Notes: generated from the sequence alone by a model not told the origin. A DNA stretch of 64,000 nt from Candidatus Lindowbacteria bacterium RIFCSPLOWO2_12_FULL_62_27 (GCA_001784175.1 MFPR01000041.1:1-64000); one strand, 5' to 3'. Counted from the stretch's first letter, positions 36,354 to 46,439 are shown. Made by a program: numbers and translations.

Positions 36354-37580
36354 TTAAATCTGATCGTCGAGTTGAATGAGATGCCCCAGCTTTTCCTTCT
36401 TGGTGCGCAAATAGTCCAGATTATTTTCCGTCGGCGTCGTCTGGATCGGCACCTGCTCGACGATCTCAAGACCGTAGCCTTTGAGTCCAACCACCTTCTT
36501 CGGATTGTTCGTCAACAGCCGGATGGTCGAAAGTCCGAGATCCACGAGGATCTGGGCGCCGACGCCGTAATCCCGGAGGTCCGCCGCAAATCCGAGTTTG
36601 CGGTTCGCCTCCACCGTGTCGAGTCCCTGGTCCTGCAGCGCATAGGCGCGGATCTTGTTCGCAAGGCCGATGCCACGGCCTTCCTGGCGGATGTACAGCA
36701 CGACCCCGGCGCCGGCGGCCTCGACTGCGGTCATGGCCGCGGACAACTGGTCTCCGCAGTCGCATCGCTCGGAGCCGAAGACGTCACCGGTCAGGCACTC
36801 GGAATGGACCCGCACGAGGACGTTCGATTTGCCGCGCACGTCGCCCTTCACGACCGCCAGATGCTCCTTGCCCTCGATGTCGTCTTTGTACAATTTCAGG
36901 CTGAACTGCCCGTGTCGGGTCGGAAAATTCGCCTCCGACTGAAGATGCACCAGTTTCTCCGTCCGCGCACGAAACGCGATGAGGTCCCGGATCGCGATGA
37001 TCCGCAGGTCATGTTTTTTCGCGAAGACCGCCAGGTCCGGCAGGCGCGCCATCGTGCCGTCGTCTTTCATGATCTCGCAAATGACGCCGGCCGGGGCGCT
37101 CCCGGCCAGCCGCGCCAGATCGATCGCCGCCTCCGTGTGGCCCGCACGCTTGAGGACCCCGCCCGGCTCCGCGCGCAATGGAAAAATGTGGCCCGGCCGG
37201 ATGAAATCGGATTCGCTGCTGGAAAGGTCCGCGAGTTTCCGGATGGTCCCGGCGCGGTCATGCGCCGAGATGCCGGTGGTCGTGCCGGCCCGGGCGTCAA
37301 CCGAAATCGTGAAGGCGGTCCGGAGGCGGTCCCGCTCGGGGCTGTCCTGCGGCAGAAGGTCAAGCCCGAGTTCATGGCACCGCTTGGCGGTTAACGGCGC
37401 GCAGACCAGTCCCCGGCCGTGGGTGGCCATGAACGCCACAGCTTCCGGCGTGACCTTGTCCGCCGCCATCACGAGGTCGCCCTCATTCTCCCGGTCCTCG
37501 TCGTCGACGACGATCACCATGAGTCCCGCTCGAATGTCGGCGATCGCCTTTTCGATCGTGGACAAAATATTCTGGTCCAT
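36354..37580 (-). CDS. ribBA: Bifunctional DHBP synthase / GTP cyclohydrolase II
   Basis: [54 protein letters not shown]. Confidence 0.97.
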   Translation of the reverse strand: MDQNILSTIEKAIADIRAGLMVIVVDDEDRENEGDLVMAADKVTPEAVAFMATHGRGLVCAPLTAKRCHELGLDLLPQDSPERDRLRTAFTISVDARAGTTTGISAHDRAGTIRKLADLSSSESDFIRPGHIFPLRAEPGGVLKRAGHTEAAIDLARLAGSAPAGVICEIMKDDGTMARLPDLAVFAKKHDLRIIAIRDLIAFRARTEKLVHLQSEANFPTRHGQFSLKLYKDDIEGKEHLAVVKGDVRGKSNVLVRVHSECLTGDVFGSERCDCGDQLSAAMTAVEAAGAGVVLYIRQEGRGIGLANKIRAYALQDQGLDTVEANRKLGFAADLRDYGVGAQILVDLGLSTIRLLTNNPKKVVGLKGYGLEIVEQVPIQTTPTENNLDYLRTKKEKLGHLIQLDDQI

Positions 37581-37591
37581 ATCTCTTTTCC

Positions 37592-38173
37592 TTACTTTCG
37601 TGTTGTTCGTGCACCTAGCGTATATCTAGCAAGGACATCGACTTCCAGATTTACACGAGCGCCCGGTTTCAATACCCTGAAATTCGTACGCCGAAGCGTT
37701 TCCGGAATCAGGGCAAAGGTAGCGTCTTTACCATACCGGGAGGCGATCGTCAAGCTGACGCCGTTGACGGCGATCGAGCCCTTTTCGGCGATGTATCGGC
37801 ACAGCCGGGCGGGCGCCCGGATGGTCAGAATCCCCGGAACGGGCCGGGTCACGCGAACGATCCCGACTCCGTCCACATGGCCCAGCACCGGATGGCCGTG
37901 GATCCGGTCGCTCAGGCGCATCGGCAGCTCGAGGTTCACCGGCCGGCCGGGCCGCAGCCACCGGAAGGTCGTCCGCCGGATGGTTTCGGGCGACAGGTCC
38001 ACGCTGAACGTCTGCCGGGTCCGCCGGGTGACGGTCAGGCACACGCCGTCGACGGCGATCGAGTCGCCGGGCCGAAGCCGCCATGCGAGTTGGGGCGAAA
38101 AAACCCGCAAGCGGCCGCGCGAAAGATCGAGATACACGATGACGCCCTGATGCCGGATGATCCCGCAGAACAT
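37592..38173 (-). CDS. ribE: Riboflavin synthase (alpha chain)
   Basis: [51 protein letters not shown]. Confidence 0.93.
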   Translation of the reverse strand: MFCGIIRHQGVIVYLDLSRGRLRVFSPQLAWRLRPGDSIAVDGVCLTVTRRTRQTFSVDLSPETIRRTTFRWLRPGRPVNLELPMRLSDRIHGHPVLGHVDGVGIVRVTRPVPGILTIRAPARLCRYIAEKGSIAVNGVSLTIASRYGKDATFALIPETLRRTNFRVLKPGARVNLEVDVLARYTLGARTTRK

Positions 38174-38182
38174 GGGGCTATC

Positions 38183-39220
38183 TTACATTGGAGAAAATCT
38201 TAAAAGTATGTCTTTCCCGAATTTTTTTTCGCCGGTCAGCCGCCAGTTCTTTCCCCCCTTTACAAGGGGGGATAAAGGGGGGTCGATGTGCCTTTCACCG
38301 AACGCGCCGAGACCGCCGTGCCCGATGACTTTGGGGGATGCAAACAGGAGAATCTCATCCACAAGGCCGGCCTTGAGGAAGGACCGCGCAGTTTGGGCGC
38401 CGCCTTCGACCAGGAGATGCACGATGCCGCGCTGGGCCAGCCGCCGAACCAGCCGGTCCGGCGAGTCGGACATCACCCACGCGGGAGCGTGTCCATCACG
38501 GAATATCCGCAGATCGCGCCGAACCTGGCCCCGGCCGCTGAGCACGATGCGCGCCGCCGTCCGGCGCCGTCCGGTGGCGAAGGGGCTTCGGATGGTCAGG
38601 CGAGGGTTGTCGATTTCCGCAGTGCGCCGTCCAACAAGAATGGCATCGACGCGGCTGCGGATTCTCTGTACCTCCGCGCGCGATTCCGGGCCTGTGATCC
38701 ACGAAGGCCGGCCCCGCCGATGGGTGATTTTGCCGTCCGTGCTGACGGCAAGTTTGAGCGTCACATAACATCGGCCTGCTTGATGGAACGTCCGGTACGG
38801 CGCATAAAATGAATGCACCCGCGGATCGTCCAGCACTTGGACCCGGACGCCGGCCCGCCGGAGTCTCCGAACGCCGCGCCCGGACACGATGGCATGCGGA
38901 TCGAGCGTCCCGACCAGGACGCGTCGGAGGCCGGCCTGCAGAATCGCCCGCGTGCAGGGTGGCGTCTTGCCGAAATGATCGCACGGCTCCAGCGTGACGG
39001 CCATCGTCGCGCCTCTCAACGGCGCGCCACGCCTCTCTGCATCCCGCAACGCTTCAACCTCCGCATGCGGCCCGCCGAATCGCCGGTGATGCCCCCGCGC
39101 GACCACACGGCCCTTCCGGACAATCACCGCGCCCACGGCCGGGTTGGGTGATGTGTCTCCCAACCCTTTCGCCGCCTCCCGCAGCGCGGCGGCCATCCAC
39201 TTTGTTTCCCCTCGATTCAT
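38183..39220 (-). CDS. ribD: Riboflavin biosynthesis deaminase/reductase
   Basis: PNPAVGAVIV, HAEVEAL, TLEPCDHFGKTPPC, WITG, DAILVG, LLVEGG. Confidence 0.95.
   Translation of the reverse strand: MNRGETKWMAAALREAAKGLGDTSPNPAVGAVIVRKGRVVARGHHRRFGGPHAEVEALRDAERRGAPLRGATMAVTLEPCDHFGKTPPCTRAILQAGLRRVLVGTLDPHAIVSGRGVRRLRRAGVRVQVLDDPRVHSFYAPYRTFHQAGRCYVTLKLAVSTDGKITHRRGRPSWITGPESRAEVQRIRSRVDAILVGRRTAEIDNPRLTIRSPFATGRRRTAARIVLSGRGQVRRDLRIFRDGHAPAWVMSDSPDRLVRRLAQRGIVHLLVEGGAQTARSFLKAGLVDEILLFASPKVIGHGGLGAFGERHIDPPLSPLVKGGKNWRLTGEKKFGKDILLRFSPM
38252..38282. repeat. Palindromic repeat family 2 (CCCCCCTT-N4-AAGGGGG...AGGGGGG) inside ribD
   Basis: Encodes PPLSPLVKGG; related copies at 47667, 48449 and 51044. 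Confidence 0.75.
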
Positions 39221-40101
39221 CCTCCGATCAGGCCTTCAACAAACGCATCTGCGTCAAACGGCGACAGGGCGTCAAGCGTCTCGCCGGTGCCGGCCCATTT
39301 GACCGGGACGTTCGGGAGTTGCTCGCCGATGCTGACGAGAAACCCGGCCTTGGCGGACGCGTCGAGTTTGGTGACGATGAGACCGGTGAGATGGAGCGCG
39401 TCATGAAAGGCTTTGGCCTGCGCGAGCGCGTTCTGGCCCGCGGTCCCGTCCAGGACCAGGAGCCGTTCCGCCAGGGAAGACGGCGCGCATTTATCGCAGC
39501 TTTTCGACATCTTGGCCAGTTCCTCGATGAGCGAGGTTTTCGTGTGGAGCCGGCCCGCGGTGTCGACGATGACGAGGTCGGCGCCGCGGATTTCTTTGTC
39601 CGAAAGCGCGTCGAAAATGACCGCGGACGGATGCGCGCCTTCCTGCATCGCAAACACGGGGACGCCCGCGCGCCCGGCCCAGATCTGCAACTGCTCGATG
39701 GCCGCGGCGCGGAACGTGTCGGCGGCGACGAGCGCCGCGCGTTTGCCTTCGGATTTGTACCGCGCGGCCAGCTTGGCCGCGGTGGTGGTTTTGCCGGACC
39801 CGTTGGTTCCGAGGAGAAACCAGACGGTCGGCGGGACCGGCGAAAATTGCGGGAGGCCGTTCATGAGAAACCGGCTTCGGAGAATCTCCTTGAGCGCCGC
39901 CTGCACGTCTTCCGGCGAGGCCGGTTTTCGCCCGCGGATTTCTTCGATGACGGCTGCGGCGGTCGAGGGCCCGGCATCCGCGAGGATCAGCCGGTCCTCC
40001 AGCTCAACGAGAATTTCTTCGGGAACCTTGGACCGGAACGCCCCGGAGATCACATCCTTCGTCTTCGCCAGCGCCCGGCGGAAAAAGCCTTTGATGTCCA
40101 T
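39217..40101 (-). CDS. ftsY: Signal recognition particle receptor FtsY
   Basis: GTNGSGKTTTAAKLA, AADTFRAAAIEQL, DTAGRLHTK, DGTAGQNA, TKLD. Start placed at ATG 40101; the ORF-track extension is repeat-derived. Confidence 0.93.
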   Translation of the reverse strand: MDIKGFFRRALAKTKDVISGAFRSKVPEEILVELEDRLILADAGPSTAAAVIEEIRGRKPASPEDVQAALKEILRSRFLMNGLPQFSPVPPTVWFLLGTNGSGKTTTAAKLAARYKSEGKRAALVAADTFRAAAIEQLQIWAGRAGVPVFAMQEGAHPSAVIFDALSDKEIRGADLVIVDTAGRLHTKTSLIEELAKMSKSCDKCAPSSLAERLLVLDGTAGQNALAQAKAFHDALHLTGLIVTKLDASAKAGFLVSIGEQLPNVPVKWAGTGETLDALSPFDADAFVEGLIGG

Positions 40102-40116
40102 CAGACGCAACTGGTG

Positions 40117-40240
40117 TCCCCCTCTCCCGCCTCTGGCGGGAGAGGGTTGGGGTGAGGGTGGCACGATGTGGTCGTCGCCGGCCGCGCCCCCCTCACCTCA
40201 ATCCTCTCCCCCCTGCGGGGGGAGAGGAGGTGAATAGTTA
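40117..40240 (-). repeat. Palindromic REP-like element, family 1 (full two-hairpin copy, reverse orientation)
   Basis: ccctctcccgc..gcgggagaggg and cctctccccc..gggggagagg hairpins. Confidence 0.9.
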
Positions 40241-40243
40241 CCA

Positions 40244-40861
40244 TCAGACGCTTTGCAGAAAGGATGTGAGCATCGCCCGGCCGGCGGCTTGGCTTTTTTC
40301 GGGATGGAACTGCACGGCGAAAATGTTCTCCGACTGGACGGCGCACGCGAACGCCCCGCCATACTCGCAGGTCGCGACGACCGCCGAAGAATCCGCCGGC
40401 GCCGGATAGTAGCTGTGGACGAAATAAAAAAACGGCGGAACGCCCTGCCCGCCCTGCGCCTTAAGCGCGGCGTTCGGCCTGATTGGCTGAACTTCGTTCC
40501 AGCCCATGTGGGGAACGATGAGATCGCCGCGAAATCGGACGACCCGGCCCCGCAGCCAGCCAAGACCCCGGACGCCGGGCGCTTCCTCGCTTTCCTCCAT
40601 CAGAATCTGGCAGCCGATGCAGATGCCGAGGTATGGGATTTTCTCGACGAGGACTTTTTTCCGCAGCACTTCCTCAAACCCGCGCCGCCGTATCTGATCC
40701 ATCGCCTGCCCGAAGTGCCCCTGCCCCGGCACGACGATCACGTCCGGCCGGCCCAACTCCGCGCCGGCCCGCACCTGCGTCACGCGCGCGCCGGCGGCCT
40801 CGAGTGCCTTCTCGACACTGCGCAGATTGGAGGCGCCGTAGTCAATCAGGGCCGCCTGCAT
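40244..40861 (-). CDS. hisH: Imidazole glycerol phosphate synthase glutaminase subunit
   Basis: IDYGASNLRSV, PGQG.F, GICIGCQ, PHMGWN, YFVHSY, QFHPEKS. Confidence 0.96.
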   Translation of the reverse strand: MQAALIDYGASNLRSVEKALEAAGARVTQVRAGAELGRPDVIVVPGQGHFGQAMDQIRRRGFEEVLRKKVLVEKIPYLGICIGCQILMEESEEAPGVRGLGWLRGRVVRFRGDLIVPHMGWNEVQPIRPNAALKAQGGQGVPPFFYFVHSYYPAPADSSAVVATCEYGGAFACAVQSENIFAVQFHPEKSQAAGRAMLTSFLQSV

Positions 40862-40867
40862 GAAACT

Positions 40868-41509
40868 CTAGAGAACGCCTTTGGTCGAGGGAACTCCGGA
40901 CACGCGCGGGTCGTAGGACGCGGCAAGCCGCAGCGCCCGCGCGGCGGCCTTGAACAGCGCCTCAATGCCGTGGTGGGCGTTCTGGCCCCGCCGAAGATAC
41001 AGGTGGAGCGTCGTTTCGGAGCTGGTCGAAAAGGCTTCGAAAAATTCGTGCACCAGCGACACGGGGAAATCTCCGATCCGCTCGTCCGACGCGGCGCCGC
41101 TCCGGGACGCGCCGAATTGCACTTCGTACACCAGCACCGGCCGGCCGGAAAGATCCACGACGCATTCGGCCAGCGCCTCGTCCATCGGAATGACCGCCGA
41201 CCCGAATCGCGTGATGCCCGCCTTGTCGCCCAGGGCCTGCTTGAAGGCCTGGCCCATCACGAGGCCGATGTCCTCGACCGTGTGGTGAAAGTCGACGCGC
41301 AGGTCGCCGGCGGCGTGAATCTTGAGATTGAAGAGGCCGTGCTTGGTAAACGTTTCCAGCATGTGATCGAGAAATCCCATGCCGGTGTCGACGGCGTAGT
41401 TTCCCGTCCCATCGATCGCCAGGGCGACCTTGATCGACGTCTCCTTGGTTTTGCGCTCCAGCGCAGCCTGCCGGACGGGCCGTCGCACGATTTTGATCAC
41501 GGGTGGCAT
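40868..41509 (-). CDS. hisB: Imidazoleglycerol-phosphate dehydratase
   Basis: RKTKET, FLDHML, GDL.VD.HHTVED, PMDEAL, N.HH..EA.FKA, PSTKGVL. Confidence 0.96.
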   Translation of the reverse strand: MPPVIKIVRRPVRQAALERKTKETSIKVALAIDGTGNYAVDTGMGFLDHMLETFTKHGLFNLKIHAAGDLRVDFHHTVEDIGLVMGQAFKQALGDKAGITRFGSAVIPMDEALAECVVDLSGRPVLVYEVQFGASRSGAASDERIGDFPVSLVHEFFEAFSTSSETTLHLYLRRGQNAHHGIEALFKAAARALRLAASYDPRVSGVPSTKGVL

Positions 41510-42582
41510 CCACGTTCCTCCAATTCGCCGAGGGCTTTGGCCAGCCGCCGCATTTCGGCCGGCCGGCCGACGGTGATCCGGACAAACGACCGTAACTTGG
41601 TCTCCGAAAACGTCTTGATCAGTATACCGCGCGCGCGGAGAAATTCAAAAAGTTTTTTGGCGGCCGAACAGCGCACCAGAACAAAATTGGCGTCCGTCCG
41701 GCAGGCCGCGAGGCTCGGGGCGTCGGAACACCATCCGGCCAGCCGCCGCAGGAGGGCTTGGCGCTCAGACAGGATCGTCCGGATGTTTTTCCGGATCGCG
41801 CCGGATTCCGACAGCGTCGTCAGCGCCAGTGCCTGGCCCAGGCCCGACAGATTGTAGGGCAGCCGGACGACGTGCAGAAACCGCGTGAGGCGCGGGCACG
41901 CGATCGCCAGGCCCACGCGACCGAGCGCGATGCCGAGGGCTTTGGAAAACGTGCGAAGGATCACGAGATTGGGAAAGCGGCGGAGGAGCGGGAGAAAAGT
42001 TTTCCCGGAAAAATCGACGTAGGCCTCGTCCACCACCACGACGCCTTGTGCCCGGCGGCAGATGTCGATCAGAATTTCCCTGGAAAAACAATTGGCCGTC
42101 GGGTTGTTCGGATAGGCGAAAAACCACAGCGCCGCCCCGCGAAGCAGTTTGGGATTCCGGAAAGCGTCTGTCAGGTCGAAGGATTCGTTCAACGGCAGTT
42201 GGACGACCCGCGCGCCGCGGATTCGGGCCAGCCGCTCGTACATGACGAACGTCGGGTCCGGAACGACCACCTGGCCGCCGCGCGGTACGAATGCGTCGAT
42301 CAGACAGCCGATCAGCTCGTCCGAGCCGCTGCCCGCCACGATCCAGTCCGCCGGCACGCCCAGCCGCCGCCCCACGGCCCGCCGAAGCTCCGTGGAGGGG
42401 CCGTCGGGATAGCGGTTGAAGACGAGGCGCCGGATCCGGCCCAGAAATTTTTGCCGCACGCGCTCCGGCAGGTCGAAGGGGCTTTCGTTGGCGTCCAGTG
42501 AAATGACGCGCCCGCCGCCCAACCGGGGCGGCGGCAGGTAAGGCGCCATGCCGCGGACGTTCGGGTTGATTCGGATGTCTAT
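41497..42582 (-). CDS. hisC: Histidinol-phosphate aminotransferase (start uncertain: ATA 42582 or ATG 42549)
   Basis: LDANESP, NRYPD, GSGSDELI, PNNPTAN, DEAYVDF, RTFSKA, R.TVG. Confidence 0.92.
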   Translation of the reverse strand: MDIRINPNVRGMAPYLPPPRLGGGRVISLDANESPFDLPERVRQKFLGRIRRLVFNRYPDGPSTELRRAVGRRLGVPADWIVAGSGSDELIGCLIDAFVPRGGQVVVPDPTFVMYERLARIRGARVVQLPLNESFDLTDAFRNPKLLRGAALWFFAYPNNPTANCFSREILIDICRRAQGVVVVDEAYVDFSGKTFLPLLRRFPNLVILRTFSKALGIALGRVGLAIACPRLTRFLHVVRLPYNLSGLGQALALTTLSESGAIRKNIRTILSERQALLRRLAGWCSDAPSLAACRTDANFVLVRCSAAKKLFEFLRARGILIKTFSETKLRSFVRITVGRPAEMRRLAKALGELEERGCHP

Positions 42583-43805
42583 TTCTCCGCCCTCAGCCGC
42601 AGCGACCGCGAGTGGTGCGGAAGGCCCTCCCACTCGGCCAGGATCGAGCCGAGGCGCGCCAGTTCCCCGTCCGGGTCCCGCACCTGCAGGATGGAGCTGC
42701 GGCGGCAAAAGGATTCGATCGACAGCGGCGAAAAAAACCGCGCGGTGCCGGCGGTCGGAAGCGTGTGGTTTGGGCCTGCGATGTAGTCGCCGTAGGCGAC
42801 GCAGGAGGTCCCGAGGAAAATCGCGCCGGCCGGGCCGACCGCGGACAGAAGTTTTTCAGGCTCGGACACGCAGAGCGCGAGGTGTTCCGGCGCCAGTTCC
42901 GCGGCGACGGCGGCGCAGGATTCGAGGGATTTCATGATGACGATGTAAATCTGCCGGCGGATTTCCTCGTCCGACTTGTCGATCCGTTTCTTGACCTGCC
43001 CGCCGAGTTTGGGGCTGGTCGTGAGCAGAAGCGACAGGCTGTCCGGGCCGTGCTCGGCCTGGGCCAGGAGGTCCTCCGTGACGAAGTCCGCCGAGACGGA
43101 ATTGTCCGCGATCACCGCCAGCTCCGACGGTCCCGCCAGCATGTCGATCCCGACGTCTCCGTAGAGCAGCCGTTTGGCCGCCGTGACATATACGTTGCCG
43201 GGGCCGAAAATCTTGTCGACCTGCGGGACACTGCGCGTGCCGTAGGCGAAGGCCGCCATCGACTGGGCGCCGCCCATTTTGAAGACGGCCGTCACGCCCG
43301 TCAGCCGCGCGGCCTCGGCTAGGATCGCCGGGATCCGGCCGTCCGGCCTCGGCGGCGTGGCGACGTACCGTTCCGGAACGCCGGCAACCTTGGCGGGCAC
43401 GGCCAGCATGAGGAGCGTTGACAAAAGCGGCGCTTTTCCGCCCGGCACGTACAACCCCACGCGCTCGATGGGCGCGACGCGCTCGGCGTAGAGGCCGGTG
43501 GCGTCCACGCGTGGGGCGGCGCGCATTTTTTGGGATTCGTAGAATTTCTGCAGGCGGTCGATCACCGTTTCCAGGATCAGCCGTTCCTGCGTGCTGATCG
43601 AGGCTCGCGCGGATTCGAATTCGTCGTCCGTCACCCGCAGCGTCTTCAAACTCGCAATGTCCCACCGCTCCGTGTAGCGCAGCACGGCCGCGTCGCCCTC
43701 CTTGCGCACGCGGCTCAGGATGATCCGCACGGCCCGCTCGGCCAGCCGGGCCCGGCGGCGGAATTCTTCGCGGCGGCGGAAAAACGCGCCGAGCGTCACG
43801 TTCAT
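42579..43805 (-). CDS. hisD: Histidinol dehydrogenase
   Basis: VGLYVPGG, GGAQ..AA.AYGT, IFGPGN.YV.AAK, IDMLAGPSE, AQAEH, APEHL, GDY.AGPNHTLPT. ATG 43805 overlaps the hisG TGA. Confidence 0.96.
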   Translation of the reverse strand: MNVTLGAFFRRREEFRRRARLAERAVRIILSRVRKEGDAAVLRYTERWDIASLKTLRVTDDEFESARASISTQERLILETVIDRLQKFYESQKMRAAPRVDATGLYAERVAPIERVGLYVPGGKAPLLSTLLMLAVPAKVAGVPERYVATPPRPDGRIPAILAEAARLTGVTAVFKMGGAQSMAAFAYGTRSVPQVDKIFGPGNVYVTAAKRLLYGDVGIDMLAGPSELAVIADNSVSADFVTEDLLAQAEHGPDSLSLLLTTSPKLGGQVKKRIDKSDEEIRRQIYIVIMKSLESCAAVAAELAPEHLALCVSEPEKLLSAVGPAGAIFLGTSCVAYGDYIAGPNHTLPTAGTARFFSPLSIESFCRRSSILQVRDPDGELARLGSILAEWEGLPHHSRSLRLRAEK

Positions 43806-44431
43806 GGGGCGGGGGGAAGAACCGATTGGAGCGACGAGATCATGCCCTCGATGGCGGACTTGTTCATCTTCAAGCTCACCCGGTTCACGACCAGAAGTCC
43901 CGTCGACTGCAGAATCTCCTCCAGAATGACCAGGCCGTTCGCGCGCAGCGTCTCGCCCGTCGATACGAGGTCGACCACGGCGTCCGCAAGCATCGCCTGC
44001 GGCGCCAGCTCCACCGAGCCGTAGAGCTTGATGACCGAACAGGCGCGGCCCTTGCCCATGAAAAAGGAGCGGGTGACGTTCGGATATTTCGTCGCCACCC
44101 GGATCGTGCCGTTTTTGGCCATGACCGACGCGTCCTTCGCGGCGAGCACCAGCCGGCAAAATCCGATGCGGAGGTCCAGAAGCTGGTACAGGTCCGAGCC
44201 CTGCTCCAGCAGAACATCCCGGCCGACGATGCCTACGTCGGCGGCGCCCTGCGAGACGTACGTCGGCACGTCCTGCGCGCGCACGGCCAGAAACGCCCGA
44301 CTGTGCTTCTCGTCCGACACGTGCAGCTTGCGGGACTGCCGGATCTCCTCGGGCACGGGGAGGCCCGCGCGGTCGTAGAGACCGATGGCTTCGTCAAAGA
44401 GTTTCCCTTTCGCCAGCGCAATCCGAATCAT
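43802..44431 (-). CDS. hisG: ATP phosphoribosyltransferase, short form
   Basis: IALAKGKL, DVPTYV..G.AD.GIVG.DVL.E, VATKYPN, GSVELAP, D.V.TG.TLRANGL; 209 aa. Confidence 0.95.
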   Translation of the reverse strand: MIRIALAKGKLFDEAIGLYDRAGLPVPEEIRQSRKLHVSDEKHSRAFLAVRAQDVPTYVSQGAADVGIVGRDVLLEQGSDLYQLLDLRIGFCRLVLAAKDASVMAKNGTIRVATKYPNVTRSFFMGKGRACSVIKLYGSVELAPQAMLADAVVDLVSTGETLRANGLVILEEILQSTGLLVVNRVSLKMNKSAIEGMISSLQSVLPPAP

Positions 44432-44484
44432 GGGTCGACCCTAGCTTATCCGGGACAAAGGCTCAATTCGCAACTGTTCACCTC

Positions 44485-44607
44485 CAACTGTTCACCTCCT
44501 CTCCCCCCGCAGGGGGGAGAGGATTGAGGTGAGGGGGGTGGATTGGCGGCGTCAGGGGCCTGCCACCCTCACCCCAACCCTCTCCCGCCTCTGGCGGGAG
44601 AGGGGGA
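44485..44607 (+). repeat. Palindromic REP-like element, family 1 (full copy), preceded by a 14-bp tandem duplication of its left end
   Basis: caactgttcacctc at both 44471-44484 and 44485-44498; two hairpins; contains the agmatinase stop codon. Confidence 0.9.
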
Positions 44608-45453
44608 GTTCCTGGAGGAGGCTTCCGACAACGCCACCAGTCGGACCAGCGCGCGGGCGGCGGTGGCGGCGGCGCAGGACGGGCCGGCCGGCGGGCAGAG
44701 CTCAACCACGTCGCCGGCCAGGACGGTCCGGCTGCGGGCCAGGTGCGTCAGGATGTCCGAAAATTCTCCCCACGAGATTCCGCCGGGCTCCGGGTTCGTG
44801 GCGGCCGGCATGAGGCCGAGGTCGAAGACGTCGACATCGATGGAGAGGTAGATGTTTTTTCGAATCCCGGCCAGCATCCGCTTCCACCGGCCCTTTCGGA
44901 CATCGTCCGCGAAAATCAACCGGGCGCCGGCCCGGCGGTGCTCCGGCAGAAGGCTACGGAGGCCGATGACGGTCGTGTCGATGCCCATTTCGACGACCCG
45001 GCGGGTGGAGCAGGCGTGACTCCAGAGGCTGCCGTTGTGGACTTTTCTCAGATCGCTGTGCGCGTCAAATACGACGACTGAAAAATCTTTTTTCCCGCGC
45101 GCCCCGGCCAGCGCCTCCACGAGCGGTGCCAGCACGCTGTGTTCGCCGCCGATGCCGATCGGCACGGCGCCCTGCCGGTGGGCGAGTGCGGCCGCCGCGC
45201 GGACCCGGTCCAGGTATGCGCGCTGCCTTTCGCCACGTTTCGGGACGAGCGGCGGCGCCGTGCGATATCGCAGCCGCTGCAGGTCGACGTCCAGAAGCTC
45301 ATCGTATGATTCAACACACTGCGATGCATCCAGGATGGCCTTCGGCGCAAGCCGGCTGCCGGGCCGGGTCGATCCGGCGTCGTAGGGCAGAGGGATCAGG
45401 ACATAGCGGGGACGATGTGAGGGCCGGATATCCAGAAAATGAGGAAGGCTCAA
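44569..45453 (-). CDS. speB: Agmatinase (ureohydrolase family)
   Basis: GGEHSV, FDAHSDLR, SHAC, YLSIDVDVFD, PEPGG, DVVEL.P. Confidence 0.88.
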   Translation of the reverse strand: MSLPHFLDIRPSHRPRYVLIPLPYDAGSTRPGSRLAPKAILDASQCVESYDELLDVDLQRLRYRTAPPLVPKRGERQRAYLDRVRAAAALAHRQGAVPIGIGGEHSVLAPLVEALAGARGKKDFSVVVFDAHSDLRKVHNGSLWSHACSTRRVVEMGIDTTVIGLRSLLPEHRRAGARLIFADDVRKGRWKRMLAGIRKNIYLSIDVDVFDLGLMPAATNPEPGGISWGEFSDILTHLARSRTVLAGDVVELCPPAGPSCAAATAARALVRLVALSEASSRNSPSPARGGRGLG

Positions 45454-45457
45454 CTAC

Positions 45458-46021
45458 TCACGGAATCAAAATGGCGGCGGCCAGGACCGTGGTCCACCAG
45501 CCCTGCCGGTCGCCCTCGGCGGCGGCGGCGATGCTCATGGTCCGGACCATTTTGGGGCTCCGGTCTTTCGGGCTGATCCTCCAGGCGAATCCGTCGCCCG
45601 TTCGGGGCTTTCTGTACTGGATCTCCTTCTCGCCCAGGACCGTCGCGAGCATGTTCGCCGCCAGAACCTCGGCATAGTGCCCGGCCTCCTTGGCGGTCTG
45701 TCCGAAGGAGTGGTGCTCGGACAGATACCCGTACTGGGTCGGGTCCTTGGGGATGGCCAGCCCGTTGGCGGCGGCGATGAGCCGGCCGGGCTCCTGGGTC
45801 TCGCTCTTGCTGAGCACTACATGGATGATCTGGCCCTCCCGCAGCATCGGCAGGCCCTTTTCCCGGGTGAGCAGATGACAGTGCGGGGGAAAGATGCTGG
45901 ACACACAGATGATGTTGAATGGCCCGATCCCGGCGTTGCGCAGGGCGCCTTCGAAACTGGCGAGTTTCTCGCGGTGAACGCCGACGCCCTTGGTCAGAAA
46001 TATTTTCGTGGGTACGTACAT
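45458..46021 (-). CDS. Pyruvoyl-dependent arginine decarboxylase
   Basis: VP.KIFLTKGVG.H.EKL.SFE.ALR.AGI..FN...VSSIFPP, YGYLSEHH, WTTVLAAA. Confidence 0.93.
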   Translation of the reverse strand: MYVPTKIFLTKGVGVHREKLASFEGALRNAGIGPFNIICVSSIFPPHCHLLTREKGLPMLREGQIIHVVLSKSETQEPGRLIAAANGLAIPKDPTQYGYLSEHHSFGQTAKEAGHYAEVLAANMLATVLGEKEIQYRKPRTGDGFAWRISPKDRSPKMVRTMSIAAAAEGDRQGWWTTVLAAAILIP

Positions 46022-46037
46022 GTTCGTCTCCTTGATT

Positions 46038-46439
46038 CTACATCAATTCGGATAGCGGCACATTGATCCGCTCCACGGTGAACTTCAACGTGTGCCTCGT
46101 GGTTTTGGGCTTGAATACTTTGTCGGACAGCCCCATGTCAATGACTTCCTGCTTGGTGATCCCGGGCAGGCCCGATTCGGGCCGGGCCACGACTGTGATG
46201 AGGGACTCGTCGAAATAGTCGATCAACAGGACGGGGACCTTTTTTGCGCCAAGACGCATCAGCGTATTGTACCGGTGATGCCCGTCGAGGATCACGCGCG
46301 TTTTTTCGTCCACGACGACCGGAATGTCGACGCATTGCTCGCGGGTGATGATCTCGGTCACGCGCGCCAGCCGCTCAGGGATCACCTGCTCGTGCTCGTG
46401 GAGGCTGCCGAGGGGGACGATCTCTATTCTGTATGTCAA
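46038..46439 (-). CDS. ParB/Srx-fold small protein (SerK/SbnI-like motifs)
   Basis: L.EHEQV, PVVVD....ILDGHHR, V..IDY, ITKQEVI...KPKTTRH. Confidence 0.7.
   Translation of the reverse strand: MTYRIEIVPLGSLHEHEQVIPERLARVTEIITREQCVDIPVVVDEKTRVILDGHHRYNTLMRLGAKKVPVLLIDYFDESLITVVARPESGLPGITKQEVIDMGLSDKVFKPKTTRHTLKFTVERINVPLSELM

Noticed and set aside
33403-37394. 653-aa and 556-aa plus-strand ORFs
   Set aside because: Antisense to the TPR gene and ribBA/ribH; no recognisable domains.
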